DNA of 63,823 nt, filler included, from Collodictyon triciliatum (Eukaryota): NCBI GenBank assembly GCA_043381765.1. It is 37 parts of 37 records of this genome, joined end to end, with 100 filler letters (N's around TTAATTAATTAA, not from the genome) between each part and the next. Parts side by side here need not be neighbours in the genome. Positions count along the whole stretch, not along the records: positions 1 to 1,577 come from JBHJMP010010717.1; positions 1,678 to 3,253 come from JBHJMP010010718.1; positions 3,354 to 4,929 come from JBHJMP010010719.1; positions 5,030 to 6,603 come from JBHJMP010010720.1; positions 6,704 to 8,277 come from JBHJMP010010721.1; positions 8,378 to 12,148 come from JBHJMP010010722.1; 31 more parts are not named here. One strand, given 5' to 3'. The stretch's first letter is position 1. Every line of letters begins with the position of its first letter. The notes under the pieces were generated by a model. That model worked only from the letters and a program-made list of their open reading frames with translations, did no database searches and was not told where the DNA came from. The position numbers were made by a program, and so were the translations under genes. Below are positions 1 to 11,993 of the stretch, piece by piece.

Positions 1-1577
1 CAGACAATATAGCATTCATCTTGCGGTCTCCCGAAGGCTCCAAACTCTCCAATAAATGCATGTAAGAATACAAACAAGCTGTTGGCAGGAAAATCAAGTA
101 CCAAAAGGCAGATGGAATTCCGTTTAGGTTTCAGGATGGATTTATGTTTCCAGAAAAGATTGTGTGGAAGCCACCATCGGATCCACTCAAGTGCCTTGGC
201 ATCATCTTCGGTCCACAATCGAATAATAAATAGACATAACTGGTTGAGGACATCAAGTCCAAAATATCCATGTGGAGCAACTTTCATCTCTCGGACGTGG
301 GGAAAAAAAAGTAAGGTTATGGAATCAATCGATACCGTTTACGATTATCTACAACATGAAAAGAACTTTGCTGAATCTCAAGAGCCTAAAGAATTGGAAG
401 ACATCTGATGCAACTTCATTCCTAAGAATAATCAAAAAAGTAAAATCAAGACGCTCTCTAAGCCACCTACAGAGAGAGGTTTGGGACTCATAACGCCTGG
501 TATTGCATGAACATCGCTCACCATGATATGGTGGACAGATATGCTTACCCATCCGAAAGGATTTTGGCAGCATGGAATGTGGCACCTTATTCACCGCATA
601 TGCCCGAACTTCAAGACACAGATCTGTGAGAGCAGAATCCCATCACCCCCGCCAAGCACGTCCGAGTCACCACTAGCGCCGTGGAATATTCTGTATTAAA
701 ACAGTGAAATGTGCGAGTCTACTCAACTGCATGCTGTTGCAGGCCAACTCTGCTGGGATAGAGCAAAATGCTTCTGTATCATCAAGTCGGGAGGAGGAAA
801 CAGCTCCTTCATCCTGCAACAAGTTGCTTTCCCAAAAAGATGGGAGCTTCTCAATGCCAAAAAAATGCAACGATATTCCACTCCTCGAATGCAACCCCAA
901 CTACAGCCTTCCTGAATAACAAAGAAGAATGGCGTTTACACCGTCCCATCTTTTACGGAGCTTCGTCGCCATTTTTCTTTTGTATGAAGAACCAAAGGCG
1001 GTTTATTACACCTGGCTCTCCGCATTTCTAGATGACCATGGCGTACTCCAAATTCTTCCGATATAAAATCATCAGTCCGAATCCCTACAAACCGGAGAAA
1101 ATGATTCGTTAGGGCCGAAGCTATATGCTTTATAGACCTGCCGATAGTCAAAAAAAAACCTGGAAGCAAGCCCGTATACCTCAGATACCTCCCGAAACAC
1201 CGCGTTCTACTCCTCAATGTCTCCAACAGAGAGCTGAAGAGGACGAGGTGATCGTCTAGTCCATTCAGGAACAAAATCTACAGAATGTATTATTTGCTAT
1301 AGTAGAGATGACTCTATCGGACACGCATTTGTGAAGTGCTCCCTTGCTCAGAAAGTGACAGAATCTACCCACAAGACGCTCTCTGAGCTTTTTTTCCTTT
1401 ATTCGATTGAAAGTGTAGCGAGGTTATGATGCTTTCTGAGCTTGATTATGATCATGACCGACTCAGCGCGTCCGACATCCTGTTTGCCGCACAATACCAA
1501 ATGACCCATGGCTCTAGAATACTCTGTACAGTCACAAGGGGACATATGCTGTGGTTCTTATGGAGTGTGCGTGCATT
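1..1577 (+). mobile_element. Decayed non-LTR retrotransposon (LINE) ORF2 fragment, RT C-terminal half and downstream region
   Basis: Starts at the YADD-equivalent region (ADNIAFILRSPEG). Colinear and by eye roughly 80-85% identical with the RT copy at 6704-8277(-). Carries several stops and frameshifts. Confidence 0.85.
1391..1427 (-). mobile_element. 37-bp 5'-truncated retro-insertion with 16-bp TSD, nested in the LINE
   Basis: Minus strand reads ATAACCTCGCTACACTTTCAATCGAATAAAGGAAAAA. Flanked by GACGCTCTCTGAGCTT (1375-1390) and GATGCTTTCTGAGCTT (1428-1443). Same 3' end as 52576-52670. Confidence 0.8.
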
Positions 1578-1621
1578 NNNNNNNNNNNNNNNNNNNNNNN
1601 NNNNNNNNNNNNNNNNNNNNN

Positions 1622-1633
1622 TTAATTAATTAA
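1622..1633. other. Artificial contig-joining spacer TTAATTAATTAA flanked by N runs (first of about 39)
   Basis: The identical 12-mer between N runs recurs roughly every 1.6 kb. It places stop codons in all six frames. Confidence 0.98.
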
Positions 1634-1677
1634 NNNNNNNNNNNNNNNNNNNNNNNNNNNNNNNNNNNNNNNNNNNN

Positions 1678-1732
<55 letters not shown>

Positions 1733-1859
1733 AAAACAGTAAAAAACGCAAATACCAAAATTAAAAGCAAAGAAATGATATCTTCGATTGTAAAGAAATT
1801 CTGAAACATTTAAGATTCATAGCAAAGTATATTTCAATATTTGAAAATAGATGACATAC

Positions 1860-2977
1860 ATATGATATATCCATCATAGCAACAGAGTTTTCGTCGATAA
1901 CAGGGGTTAAGTCTCGCAAGATATCTGTGATTGTTGGCCTTTCGTCCCTGTTTTGACTCCATGCCCTTTCCATCACTTGTTTAAACTGGGTTGGCGTCTT
2001 CGATGGTATTTCTGGTCTCTGTTGTCCTTGAATTGCTTTTATCATGACGGCAAACTTATTTTCTGACTCTCCATATGGCCTTTCTTGAGTAATGATCTCC
2101 CAAAGAATAACGCCGAAGCTATAAATGTCTGATTGTATGGAAACTTTTTTCAAATTGATGACCTCTGGAGCAACCCACTCAAATCCTTTATTAGGTGAGT
2201 TCGCTTGAGTGTAGTCTACAGAGACATAAAAATCGCTGCGTTTGATATAAAACGTAATTAGCAGTTTCACATCGCATTCATATAGGAAATTAAAATACAT
2301 CGAGATAAGTTTTTTTTTTGATTCAAAATAACCTGATTTTGGCTCTATTATGTTCATCTAGCTATTAGTTGTTAATTTACTATTAATTATTAATTAATAC
2401 TTATTTTTGAGAAAGATAATAACTTGTTTTAAGGAACTGAAAAGTACCATTATATTTGCACTTTTCAAATTTCCATGTATCACTGGTGGATTGGATGTGT
2501 GCAGATAACACAAACCTTAATTACAATTCAAAATATTTTAGAGCTTGACGTAATCAACATCTAACTGAGATTAATTTTTTACCCTTTGTAACGTCACGAA
2601 TGAAGCTCATCTTCAATGACATTCGGATTGGGGGACTGTTGCCGATGTACTCATAAAGAGATCCGTTTTTTGTATATTCCATGATAATTCCAATATTGTT
2701 TGGCTCCAAACAGAAACCCATATACATTAACACATTCGGATGCCTCAGCTGACTAAATGTATCTTATCATAAGTTATCATCCATACATGGATATTTCAAC
2801 ATATATTATTATTATTTACGCTCGGTGATACTATTATGTTCGAGAGAAACATATTGAGGAAACCCACCAGAGATTGCTCACTTTCTCGCAGAAATTATCC
2901 AGTCGCTCCTTGGTCATATCTTGTAGATGAAGTTTCTTAAATGCCACAAAAGACCTCCTCCACTCCCCACAATATGT
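1860..2977 (-). CDS. TKL-group protein kinase-like domain, probable pseudokinase (spliced, partial)
   Basis: GT-AG splicing gives VAFKKL...LRHPNVLMYMG...GLCYLHTSNPPVIHGNLKSANIM|LDEHNRAKI|SDFY...WVAPE...SDIYSFGVILWEI. HRD is replaced by HGN and DFG by DFY. Confidence 0.85.
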
Positions 2978-3154
2978 CTATTACGATAATAATTTTACTA
3001 TTGATGAAAAAGAATAGTTAAATGCACAGAAGGTAAGTCTCCAACTTAAATTCTGTTCCGACAGTTAAAAAAATAAAAATGAAATATGAAATTTGAACAA
3101 TAAAAATGGAAAAGAAAAAATGAAAAAAATAAAAAAGAAAAAAGAAGAAAAAAG

Positions 3155-3253
<99 letters not shown>

Positions 3254-3353
3254 NNNNNNNNNNNNNNNNNNNNNNNNNNNNNNNNNNNNNNNNNNNNTTA
3301 ATTAATTAANNNNNNNNNNNNNNNNNNNNNNNNNNNNNNNNNNNNNNNNNNNN

Positions 3354-3749
3354 CACGATGGTGTCGATCGACTCTCGAAAGAACTCTGCGAACAACAGAT
3401 CGTCTTCCATCACGACACCCAGCTCAGCGTCTGACTGGAGGAAGATTGACCATGCGCGCCGATGGCTTTCGAAGACGGCAATCTCGAAGGGGCGCAAGCC
3501 CCAGCGTTCGTTGCGGTAACTGGGGGATTTTGCGTGTTGTGTCGGTTCTTGGTCAAGGTGGCGCAGATCGAAGGCCGAAACACGTTGGAACGTGAGGCCG
3601 AGCCTACTTGCGCTGTGCAGCATCAGGGATCTTCGATCGTCATCCCTGTCAAGATTGATAAATAAGTAGATTGTGCTTTTCACCGGGCGTCCCGACTTGT
3701 GCTCAGTGGTGAGCGTCCATGATTCGTAACATTGTAGCTTAATCGTCAT
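3354..3749 (-). CDS. Glycosyltransferase family 25 (LPS/LOS biosynthesis type), 3'-truncated, probably bacterial
   Basis: INLDRDDDRR, FQRVSAFD, EIAVFESHRRAW and VMEDD motifs. Intronless, and GC-richer than the host contigs. Confidence 0.8.
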
Positions 3750-3938
3750 GGGATAGGATGCCTATGTGACGCAAGCTGCTTCTTTTTTGTGTCCCTAGGG
3801 AATTTCGCGCGGCGAATTTCGAGGTGCGGAAGATAGAGACGGGTTCGGGTTGGCACACTGAATCAACCGTTATCCTTCAAGGGGATCGTTCTTAACGATA
3901 CAATAATCTTAGGTGCGGTGGAGCTTAATCTGGATTTC

Positions 3939-4784
3939 TTACCGCTTTCTTAGTAGCAGCCGTTCAATAGTATAATTAGTATCATGCGCCGAAGTTCTGT
4001 AGCAGATCAGCCAGAAGGATATTGAGGCAAGCGCGGAAATTTTTCCAAGGTGGTGTCTCTGTTTCCAAAGCGCCTTGAAATAGATTAGCCTTGAATTTAA
4101 TTGTCCGCTAAGTGTCTTTTTCATATATTTTTCTGCAGAACTTGAGCCGGTCTGGACAAATATACGCGCTCTCTCGCAGAAGGTGATCTTGTCGCGCAGG
4201 AGAAAAAGCTGGACGCACAAGCGATCAACGCCCCAGCCATCTGGGTACATTTCTAGTGCCTCTTGAATCAGTTCTGCCGAACCACGTCTGTAGACACCGT
4301 AGAACCAAGAGGCCGGAAAGACGATTGTCTTAATGGAGAATGGTTTTTTGAAAGACTGGAGATTCAGTATTTCTCTGTTGAAGTCTACATTGGACACTCT
4401 GCTTGGGTGAATTAAAGATACAGATGGTGCTGCTAAAAACTTCGAATCATCGCTCTCAAGGGCTGCTATGCACTCTGAAAGATAATTTGAATTTATGTAG
4501 TCATCATGGGCGATTATAAGATAGTAATCTGAGTCGCGCTCAGCGAGATCCCATGCTCTTTGAAAGTTCTCTGTTGCTGAGAGAAAGGTATCTGAGGGGA
4601 ATACGCGGATCCGCGCATCTAGGCTTGCATATCGCTCGCACGCTTGCAGCGTTCCATCTGAAGATTTGTTTACAAAAATGCAAAAGCAAAAATCTGTATA
4701 CTCTTGCGTCAGGACTGAGGAGATGCATCTATCAATATACTGCATGCCGTTATAAACGGGTAGGCAAACCATGATCTTAGGCAT
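3939..4784 (-). CDS. Glycosyltransferase family 2, probably bacterial
   Basis: MPKIMVCLPVYNG...SSDGT...AHDD motifs. Intronless. GGAG Shine-Dalgarno-like motif 7 nt upstream of the ATG. Lies in tandem with the GT25 gene. Confidence 0.85.
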   Translation of the reverse strand: MPKIMVCLPVYNGMQYIDRCISSVLTQEYTDFCFCIFVNKSSDGTLQACERYASLDARIRVFPSDTFLSATENFQRAWDLAERDSDYYLIIAHDDYINSNYLSECIAALESDDSKFLAAPSVSLIHPSRVSNVDFNREILNLQSFKKPFSIKTIVFPASWFYGVYRRGSAELIQEALEMYPDGWGVDRLCVQLFLLRDKITFCERARIFVQTGSSSAEKYMKKTLSGQLNSRLIYFKALWKQRHHLGKISALASISFWLICYRTSAHDTNYTIERLLLRKR

Positions 4785-5717
4785 TTTCAATCTCCGAGCT
4801 TATTCCAGCTAAGGTTAAGCTGCTTGACCACTGAAGACCGTATATTTTGCTTGCTGGCTGTAAGCAAGCAGTAGCCGTTGGACAAAGCTGTCGTTCAAGT
4901 TTGGGGTTGAGGTTTATGTGTCTTGGCGANNNNNNNNNNNNNNNNNNNNNNNNNNNNNNNNNNNNNNNNNNNNTTAATTAATTAANNNNNNNNNNNNNNN
5001 NNNNNNNNNNNNNNNNNNNNNNNNNNNNNCGTTATGTCATCCTGGATAGAATTGAGCAACAGAATCATTCAATACGGCTGTTACAATCTGATTATATTCA
5101 CCATAATATTTTGTCTTTTTCTTTTTTAATTGTGCAAAATGGTGGGAGTTTTGGTCTTGAGTCGCTAGCCTTCATTCACATGAATGCTACTTGTGGGCCG
5201 AATGGCAGAAAGTAAAGTCAGCTTTTAGCAACTGCACCCTGTGTGTTGGTCTGTAACATGGCTCTTGTGCCTCCACGAGATATGTAACACAAGGTTTAAT
5301 CAATTTATCGACCTCTTTGCATTTGTCTGTCTTCTCACAGGTTCTGAGTTATAAAGAACGTAAAGGTGGTAAAATAATGTAGAGGAACAATTACTGTATG
5401 TCATTCGCAGGCATTCTTAAATGATTTACATATAACCATCTGCTGTTTTCTGATACCAATATACGTCAAAGATATAAAAACACAGAAGAATCATTACGGA
5501 AAATAATATATTCTGGTTTGACAAAGTCATCACGACTATTCTATTTTCTGCTACCAACTCTGAGCCCCATCCACAAGTCATTTTTTTTTTAATTTTTCTA
5601 CCCCATAAATCACATCTTGTTACATAATATTTCAATGCCTTTCCTTAACAAATTTTCCACTTTGCTCCCTTAATAATGATAATGTAGTGAATAAAGACTG
5701 CACAAAGAAAAACTAAA

Positions 5718-5805
<88 letters not shown>

Positions 5806-6289
5806 CAAAGAATGAATTGAAAATTTTCAGTCCAAGACAGAGTGACATTACAAATTGCAACACAGCTATGCAGGTTCTGTATGCTCGTGTTCATTGATTT
5901 TTTTATTTCTTATCTGCAATATCTGCTTAGTGTTGTGTTGGTTATATTTGCTATTGTAAATTTAATGCGGACTAAATGCCAGCAATTCATGATGAATTTT
6001 GTTCCTTATTTTGTTTTCATGGCTCTGTTTATTTTGTTTGTTCTGTATGATGTCTCTGTCAGGATATTGAGAAGTTTATGACTTGATAATGCGTCGCATC
6101 ATCAAAAAATGAACTTTACATATGTCCACGATTTCCTATGATTGCGGACCGCTATGCCACTTTGTACTGTATCATACACATAAAATATGTATAGGATGTT
6201 TATTAATTAAGAAATAGTACATAAACACAACATATATGTCACTATTGAGGTTTCTACGCAGCGGTACGCAGTCTAATCTCTGAGAAAAT

Positions 6290-6603
6290 AGACAAATATA
6301 GATGACTTGTCGGGAATGGATGAATGGCATTCCATCGCCGACTCTCTTCCTCCTTAAATCAAACAATGAAATCAACCTTTCATTAGTCAGAACACCTTCC
6401 TTTGAGACAAAGTTCTTCCCAATAACACTTCCACGTCCTAAAGTTATTAATTTCTGGAATGAACTCGGTGAGAAGGATGTTTTTTGGCCTAATGTATGGA
6501 GACAAACACAAGTCAACTTCATGAGACCATCCCTAAGAGTACTCCTCCTGAATATCGTGTGGAAAAACCTTCTCACAGGAGAAAGACTCGAGAAGATAAC
6601 AAA
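6290..6603 (+). mobile_element. LINE ORF2 3' fragment (zf-RVT-like region), apparently a different family
   Basis: FWPNVW...RPSLRVLLLNIVWKNLLTGERL resembles the segment preceding the CCHC finger of L1/Tx1 ORF2. Confidence 0.55.
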
Positions 6604-6703
6604 NNNNNNNNNNNNNNNNNNNNNNNNNNNNNNNNNNNNNNNNNNNNTTAATTAATTAANNNNNNNNNNNNNNNNNNNNNNNNNNNNNNNNNNNNNNNNN
6701 NNN

Positions 6704-8277
6704 CCAGCTTTTGACTATCGGCGGGTCTATAATGCCTATAGTTTCGGCCCAACGACTCATTTTCTCCGGTTTGTAGGGATTCGGACTGATGATTTTATAT
6801 CGGAACAGCTTGGAATACGCCATGGCCATCGAGAATCGCGGAGAGTCAGGGTGGTGGACCGTCTTTGGTTCTTCAGGCGAAAGAAAAATGGCGACGGTTC
6901 TCCGTATGAGATGGGGCGTCGTGAGCGCCATTCTCCTTTGTTGTCCAGGACGGCTGTGGTTGGGGTTGCATGCGACGAGTGGAATATCATTTCGTTTTGG
7001 CGCTACATAGCTCCCATCCTTTTGGAAAGCAACTTGTTGCAGTGTGAAGGATGAAGGAGCTGTTTCCTTCTCTCGACTTCATGATACAGAAGCCTTTTGC
7101 TCTATCCCAGCAAAGCTGGCCCGTAAGAGCATGTAGTTGGGTAGACTCGCACATTTCACAGTTTTCATACAGAACCTTCCACCGCGCTAGTAGCGGCTCG
7201 GGCGTGTTTGGCGGAGGGGTGATGGGATTTTATTCTCACAGAGCTGTGCCTTGAAGTTCGGGCATATGCGGTGGATAAGATGCCACATTCCACGCTGCCA
7301 GAATCCTTTCGGATGGGTAAGCATATCTGTCCACCATCTCATCGTGAGCGATGTCCATGCAATGCTAGGCGTTATGAGTCCCAGTCCTCCCTCTGTAGGT
7401 GGCTTAGAGAGCGTCTTGATTTTATATTTTTTATTATTATTCGCAGTGATGAAGTTGCGGCAGATGTCTTCCAGTTCCTTCAGCCTTTGGGATTCAGCAA
7501 AGTGCCTTTCATGTTGTAGATAAGGGTCGACAGCATCACTTGGTTCCACAACCTTACTTTCCCGACATCTGAGAGATGAAAGTTGCTACACACTGATATT
7601 TTCGACTTGATGTCCTCAACCAGACTTGTCCATTTGCTATCCGATTGTGGACCGAATATGATGCCAAGATACTAGAGTGGATGTGACGGTGGCTTCCACA
7701 CAATGTTCCCTGGAAACATAAGTCCATCCTAAAACCCAAAAAGAATTCCATCTGTCTTGTCGTAGTTGATTTTCCCATCGACAGCTCGTGTGTACTCTTA
7801 CATGCATTTGTTGGCGAGTGTGGCGCCTTCGGGAGACCGCAAGGTGAAAGCCGTGTCGTCTGCATATTGAAGTAGCAGTTGGTTGCGTACCTTGTTTTCG
7901 TTTCGAAAGTGGTTTGCAAGGCAGTCAGCAACAAAGTTGAAGAGCAGTGGTACAAGTGGGCAGCCTTGATACACCCCGCTCTGTCTTTGGATTGCATCCG
8001 TAGGTCCGTGTGCCGTGAATACCCTCGCTGTTGGATTGTCGTGCAGTTTCTTGATAAGGCTGGTGAATCCGGTGCAAAAGCCTCTTTTGTGTAGGATGGT
8101 TTCCAGTGCTTCGTGGTTCGCATAGTCGTACGATTTCTCGAGGTCGTAGAAAATCATAGCACGGGGTGTCCCGCTTACTTGATATTCCATGTACTCTTTG
8201 TTGACAACCCAGATGTTTGTGTCGATGTTCCTTCCGTTCATGAAGCCAATCTGCTCTTTGGATATGAGTTTGTCAGC
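6704..8277 (-). mobile_element. Decayed LINE (L1/Tx1-like) reverse transcriptase
   Basis: DLEKSYD, GVYQGCPLVPLLF, QYADD, YLG and EGGLGL motifs, with internal TAA/TAG stops. Confidence 0.92.
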
Positions 8278-9598
8278 NNNNNNNNNNNNNNNNNNNNNNN
8301 NNNNNNNNNNNNNNNNNNNNNTTAATTAATTAANNNNNNNNNNNNNNNNNNNNNNNNNNNNNNNNNNNNNNNNNNNNCAGAAGGGGAAAAGAAATTGTTT
8401 GAAAAGAACTCTCATGCTTTGATTTGTTAGTCTCTGATGGTAGTTTTCAACCCAGGAAATACGAGAACGAGATTGCAACGTTATATGGGGCTGATTTTGT
8501 GAAGAAATAAAGCACGAGAAGGATTTTTATTTTTCCCCTTTTATTCATCACACGATGACGTTTAAAAAAATGAAAGGCATATTATGATTACGAATCTACA
8601 CGTGATGCTTAATCTAATGTCATTAAGATTTGGTGACCTAGATTACTTTACTGTTTGTGTTGCGTCAGTTATGTGATGGCTTACATATGCCCGCCAACAA
8701 ACCGAACGCCAAGCTGCGCCCTATTTCATATAAATTCCACAAAAGAATCTAATGTCACAACGGAAATCGCTTTTGTTCGAACGCCTTCCTTACTTATAAA
8801 TTTGACGTTTGTTATCCATATATTATATTTTTCTATGAATTAAAGTCGTCAAGCTTCTTTTTCTTGCTGTGCTAATTGGTTCATTTTCCTCGTTTGTTCG
8901 AAACACAATCACTATTAAAAAAAAATATGGTGGCGGCAAATAACGGCCAACAGTCAAAGCAATCAGAAGCAAAGGGCTATGGATTATGTTACTCTTTTTG
9001 AACAAAAAAAACAAACAAACAAACAAACAAACAAACAAACAAACAAGCAAATGCAATACAAATTACAAAGAGGCAAAAAATAAAAAATGGAGGAATACTA
9101 GAAACTATGCCAGCGGAGAAAACAACGAGGGCAATTGAAAAATAAAATAAGTGGCTGATCAAAAACAACGAGACCCGATATACATGGCATAAGGAGCTGG
9201 ACGTTCAACTGCCCAATCGCCAATACAGCTGACAAGGAGGACAGCCAGAATGAACCACCCAAAAAATTTTCTGATGACTTGTGTGCTCAGAAAAATGGAA
9301 ACGGTTGCGCGCAACGCTGCTGGTCTTTGTAGCCCGGCCACTGCTTGTTTGTTTTGATGCGAGTGTTGGAACTTCGCCTGTTGAAAATAGGGGGTGGGAT
9401 TGTAAGAAGGACAAAAAATAAGCTGCTTTATTCAGAGCTTAAGGGAGTGAGGGCTCTAGCGGGAAACGCCGACCAAACCAACCAGGGTTGGTTCGAAGGA
9501 AAACATTTTTGGGGGGTTAACACTCGGTATAAATAACAAGAAAAATGCAATATACAAACTAACACCTGGGCACACAAAAGAAAGCAAAGGGAAGCAAT

Positions 9599-11661
9599 AT
9601 GTCGTCCCCGAGAATCCAGCGCCCACCCATCCCAAAGACCCCAGAGAAGTACTTCACCATTCCCGCCTACTTCAAGGAGACTGCTGAAAAGTATCTTGTT
9701 ATTCATCCTGATCCATTTTCTTTCTCTTTCTCTTTTTCTTTTTCTTTTTCTTTTTCTTTTTCTTTTTCTTTTTCTTTTTCTTTTTCTTTTCTTTTTCTTT
9801 TCTTTTTCTTTTTCTTTTTCTTTTTCTTTTCTTTTTCTTTTTCTTTTTCTTTTTCTTTTTCTTTTCTTTTTCTTTTCTTTTTCTTTTTCTTTTTCTTTTT
9901 CTTTTCTTTTTCTTTTTCTTTTTNNNNNNNNNNNNNNNNNNNNNNNNNNNNNNNNNNNNNNNNNNNNNNNNNNNNNNNNNNNNNNNNNNNNNNNNNNNNN
10001 NNNNNNNNNNNNNNNNNNNNNNNNNNNNNNNNNNNNNNNNNNNNNNNNNNNNNNNNNNNNNNNNNNNNNNNNNNNNNNNNNNNNNNNNNNNNNNNNNNNN
10101 NNNNNNNNNNNNNNNNNNNNNNNNNNNNNNNNNNNNNNNNNNNNNNNNNNNNNNNNNNNNNNNNNNNNNNNNNNNNNNNNNNNNNNNNNNNNNNNNNNNN
10201 NNNNNNNNNNNNNNNNNNNNNNNNNNNNNNNNNNNNNNNNNNNNNNNNNNNNNNNNNNNNNNNNNNNNNNNNNNNNNNNNNNNNNNNNNNNNNNNNNNNN
10301 NNNNNNNNNNNNNNNNNNNNNNNNNNNNNNNNNNNNNNNNNNNNNNNNNNNNNNNNNNNNNNNNNNNNNNNNNNNNNNNNNNNNNNNNNNNNNNNNNNNN
10401 NNNNNNNNNNNNNNNNNNNNNNNNNNNNNNNNNNNNNNNNNNNNNNNNNNNNNNNNNNNNNNNNNNNNNNNNNNNNNNNNNNNNNNNNNNNNNNNNNNNN
10501 NNNNNNNNNNNNNNNNNNNNNNNNNNNNNNNNNNNNNNNNNNNNNNNNNNNNNNNNNNNNNNNNNNNNNNNNNNAGCAAAGTACAAAGTGATACGCAGCC
10601 AACTGACGAAGCTGAAGACTATAGTATTGATGGACAATGCAAACGACCCGGACGGGTGGGCGATAACATGGAATAAGTTTATGAGCATGGGAGACAGCGT
10701 GAGTATACGATAGGAATATGAAGATAAAATCAGTATATATTTAAGAATGAGCTCTATCCTAATAGAAGAGTGAGTAAAGTAAGATACATCTGTTCTCAGG
10801 TAGCGGACATTGAGCTTCGCAAGAGAATCGACAAGATACAGCTGGATGACGTTTGTATGCTCATTGATATATACATCAGGAACAACAGGGACACCAAAGG
10901 GAGTGATGATGACTCACAAGAATGTTAGCTGGATATTGGTATCTGTTGTGAGCATTTTTCATTTCAGTAACCAAGAAAGAATAGTCAGTTACCTTCCTCT
11001 CAGGTATTAAGCCATCACATCTAACATACAGAAAAGAAGTATAACCCTTCGGCAGAGTATTTGCATAAACCAATTCTTCACCGTTATTTTTTTCTTTTTC
11101 AGCCATGTTGCAGAGCAAATGGCGAGCATTTTTATTCCTTCCTATGTCGGTGCTCAAGTCTTTTTCGCCACACCTGATGCACTCAAGGGAGCTCTGGTCG
11201 AAGTAAACTATCTAATAGAACTTATTTTATCTTGAGAACACTGATGATAAATATGGTATCAAAATTTCATAAAATAGACTTTGAGAGAGGTTCGCCCAAC
11301 AGCTTTTTTCGGGGTTCCTCGTGTGTGGGAAAAAATTGGCTCTGCTATGAAGGCCTCGGGTGCAAACAGAAGAGGATGCAAGTTTATATGTTTCAAAGAA
11401 ATCCTTTCCTATCCCTGATAAAAAAAAATACATTTTCCTTTCAATTTTGCGCAAGGTGATGGGGATGATGGCTAATCCTGATAAAATTCCTTCAATATAA
11501 GGGTAAAATACTTCATTCGTTGACATTATTTTGTGCATCTAGTATCGAAGGCAGTGTCTGAGTGGGCAAAAAGGAAAGGCTTGGAGGGTTCTCTCAAAAG
11601 ATGTGATAATAGGAGTCCAGGGATGACTTTCGGATTATTACAAAAGACTCTTTTTAAAAAG
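9599..11661 (+). CDS. Long-chain acyl-CoA synthetase, bubblegum (ACSBG)-like (spliced, partial, one apparent frameshift)
   Basis: IYTSGTTGTPKGVMMTHKN, SYLPLS|HVAEQ, DALKGALVE|TLREVRPTAFFGVPRVWEK, EWAKRKGLEG. Spans the gap at 9924-10574. Frameshift near 10855-10870. Confidence 0.88.
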
Positions 11662-11955
11662 GTATTATAGTACTGAAATTTAAAATTTTAGAAGTATGAT
11701 TGGTATTCTTATTGTTAATACCCAATGCTTTGAGATTATAAAAAAAAAATTATTTTTTTTATCAATTTCTGACGTTAACTTTGAGCTTCAAAAATTCTAG
11801 CCGGTCGAATGATTTTTTTTGTTTTTATTAGTGTTTGTGTTCTCATTATTGTTCTCATTATTGTTTTCATTATTGTTTTCATTATTGTTTTCATTATTGT
11901 TTTCATTATTGTTTTCATTATTGTTTTCAATTTATTTTTATTTTTATTTTTATTA

Positions 11956-11993
<38 letters not shown>

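Noticed and set aside
1578..1677. Regularly spaced identical TTAATTAATTAA motif resembling a repeat-spacer array
   Set aside because: It is always embedded in N runs, so it is an artificial linker.
9691..9700. GTATCTT donor as a U12-type intron
   Set aside because: It does not match GTATCCTT fully, and the branch point and acceptor fall in the gap. I found no AT-AC introns elsewhere.
9428..10688. Long ORFs of 300-380 aa in the ORF track
   Set aside because: They consist of N runs and (CTTTTT)n microsatellite within an intron or gap.
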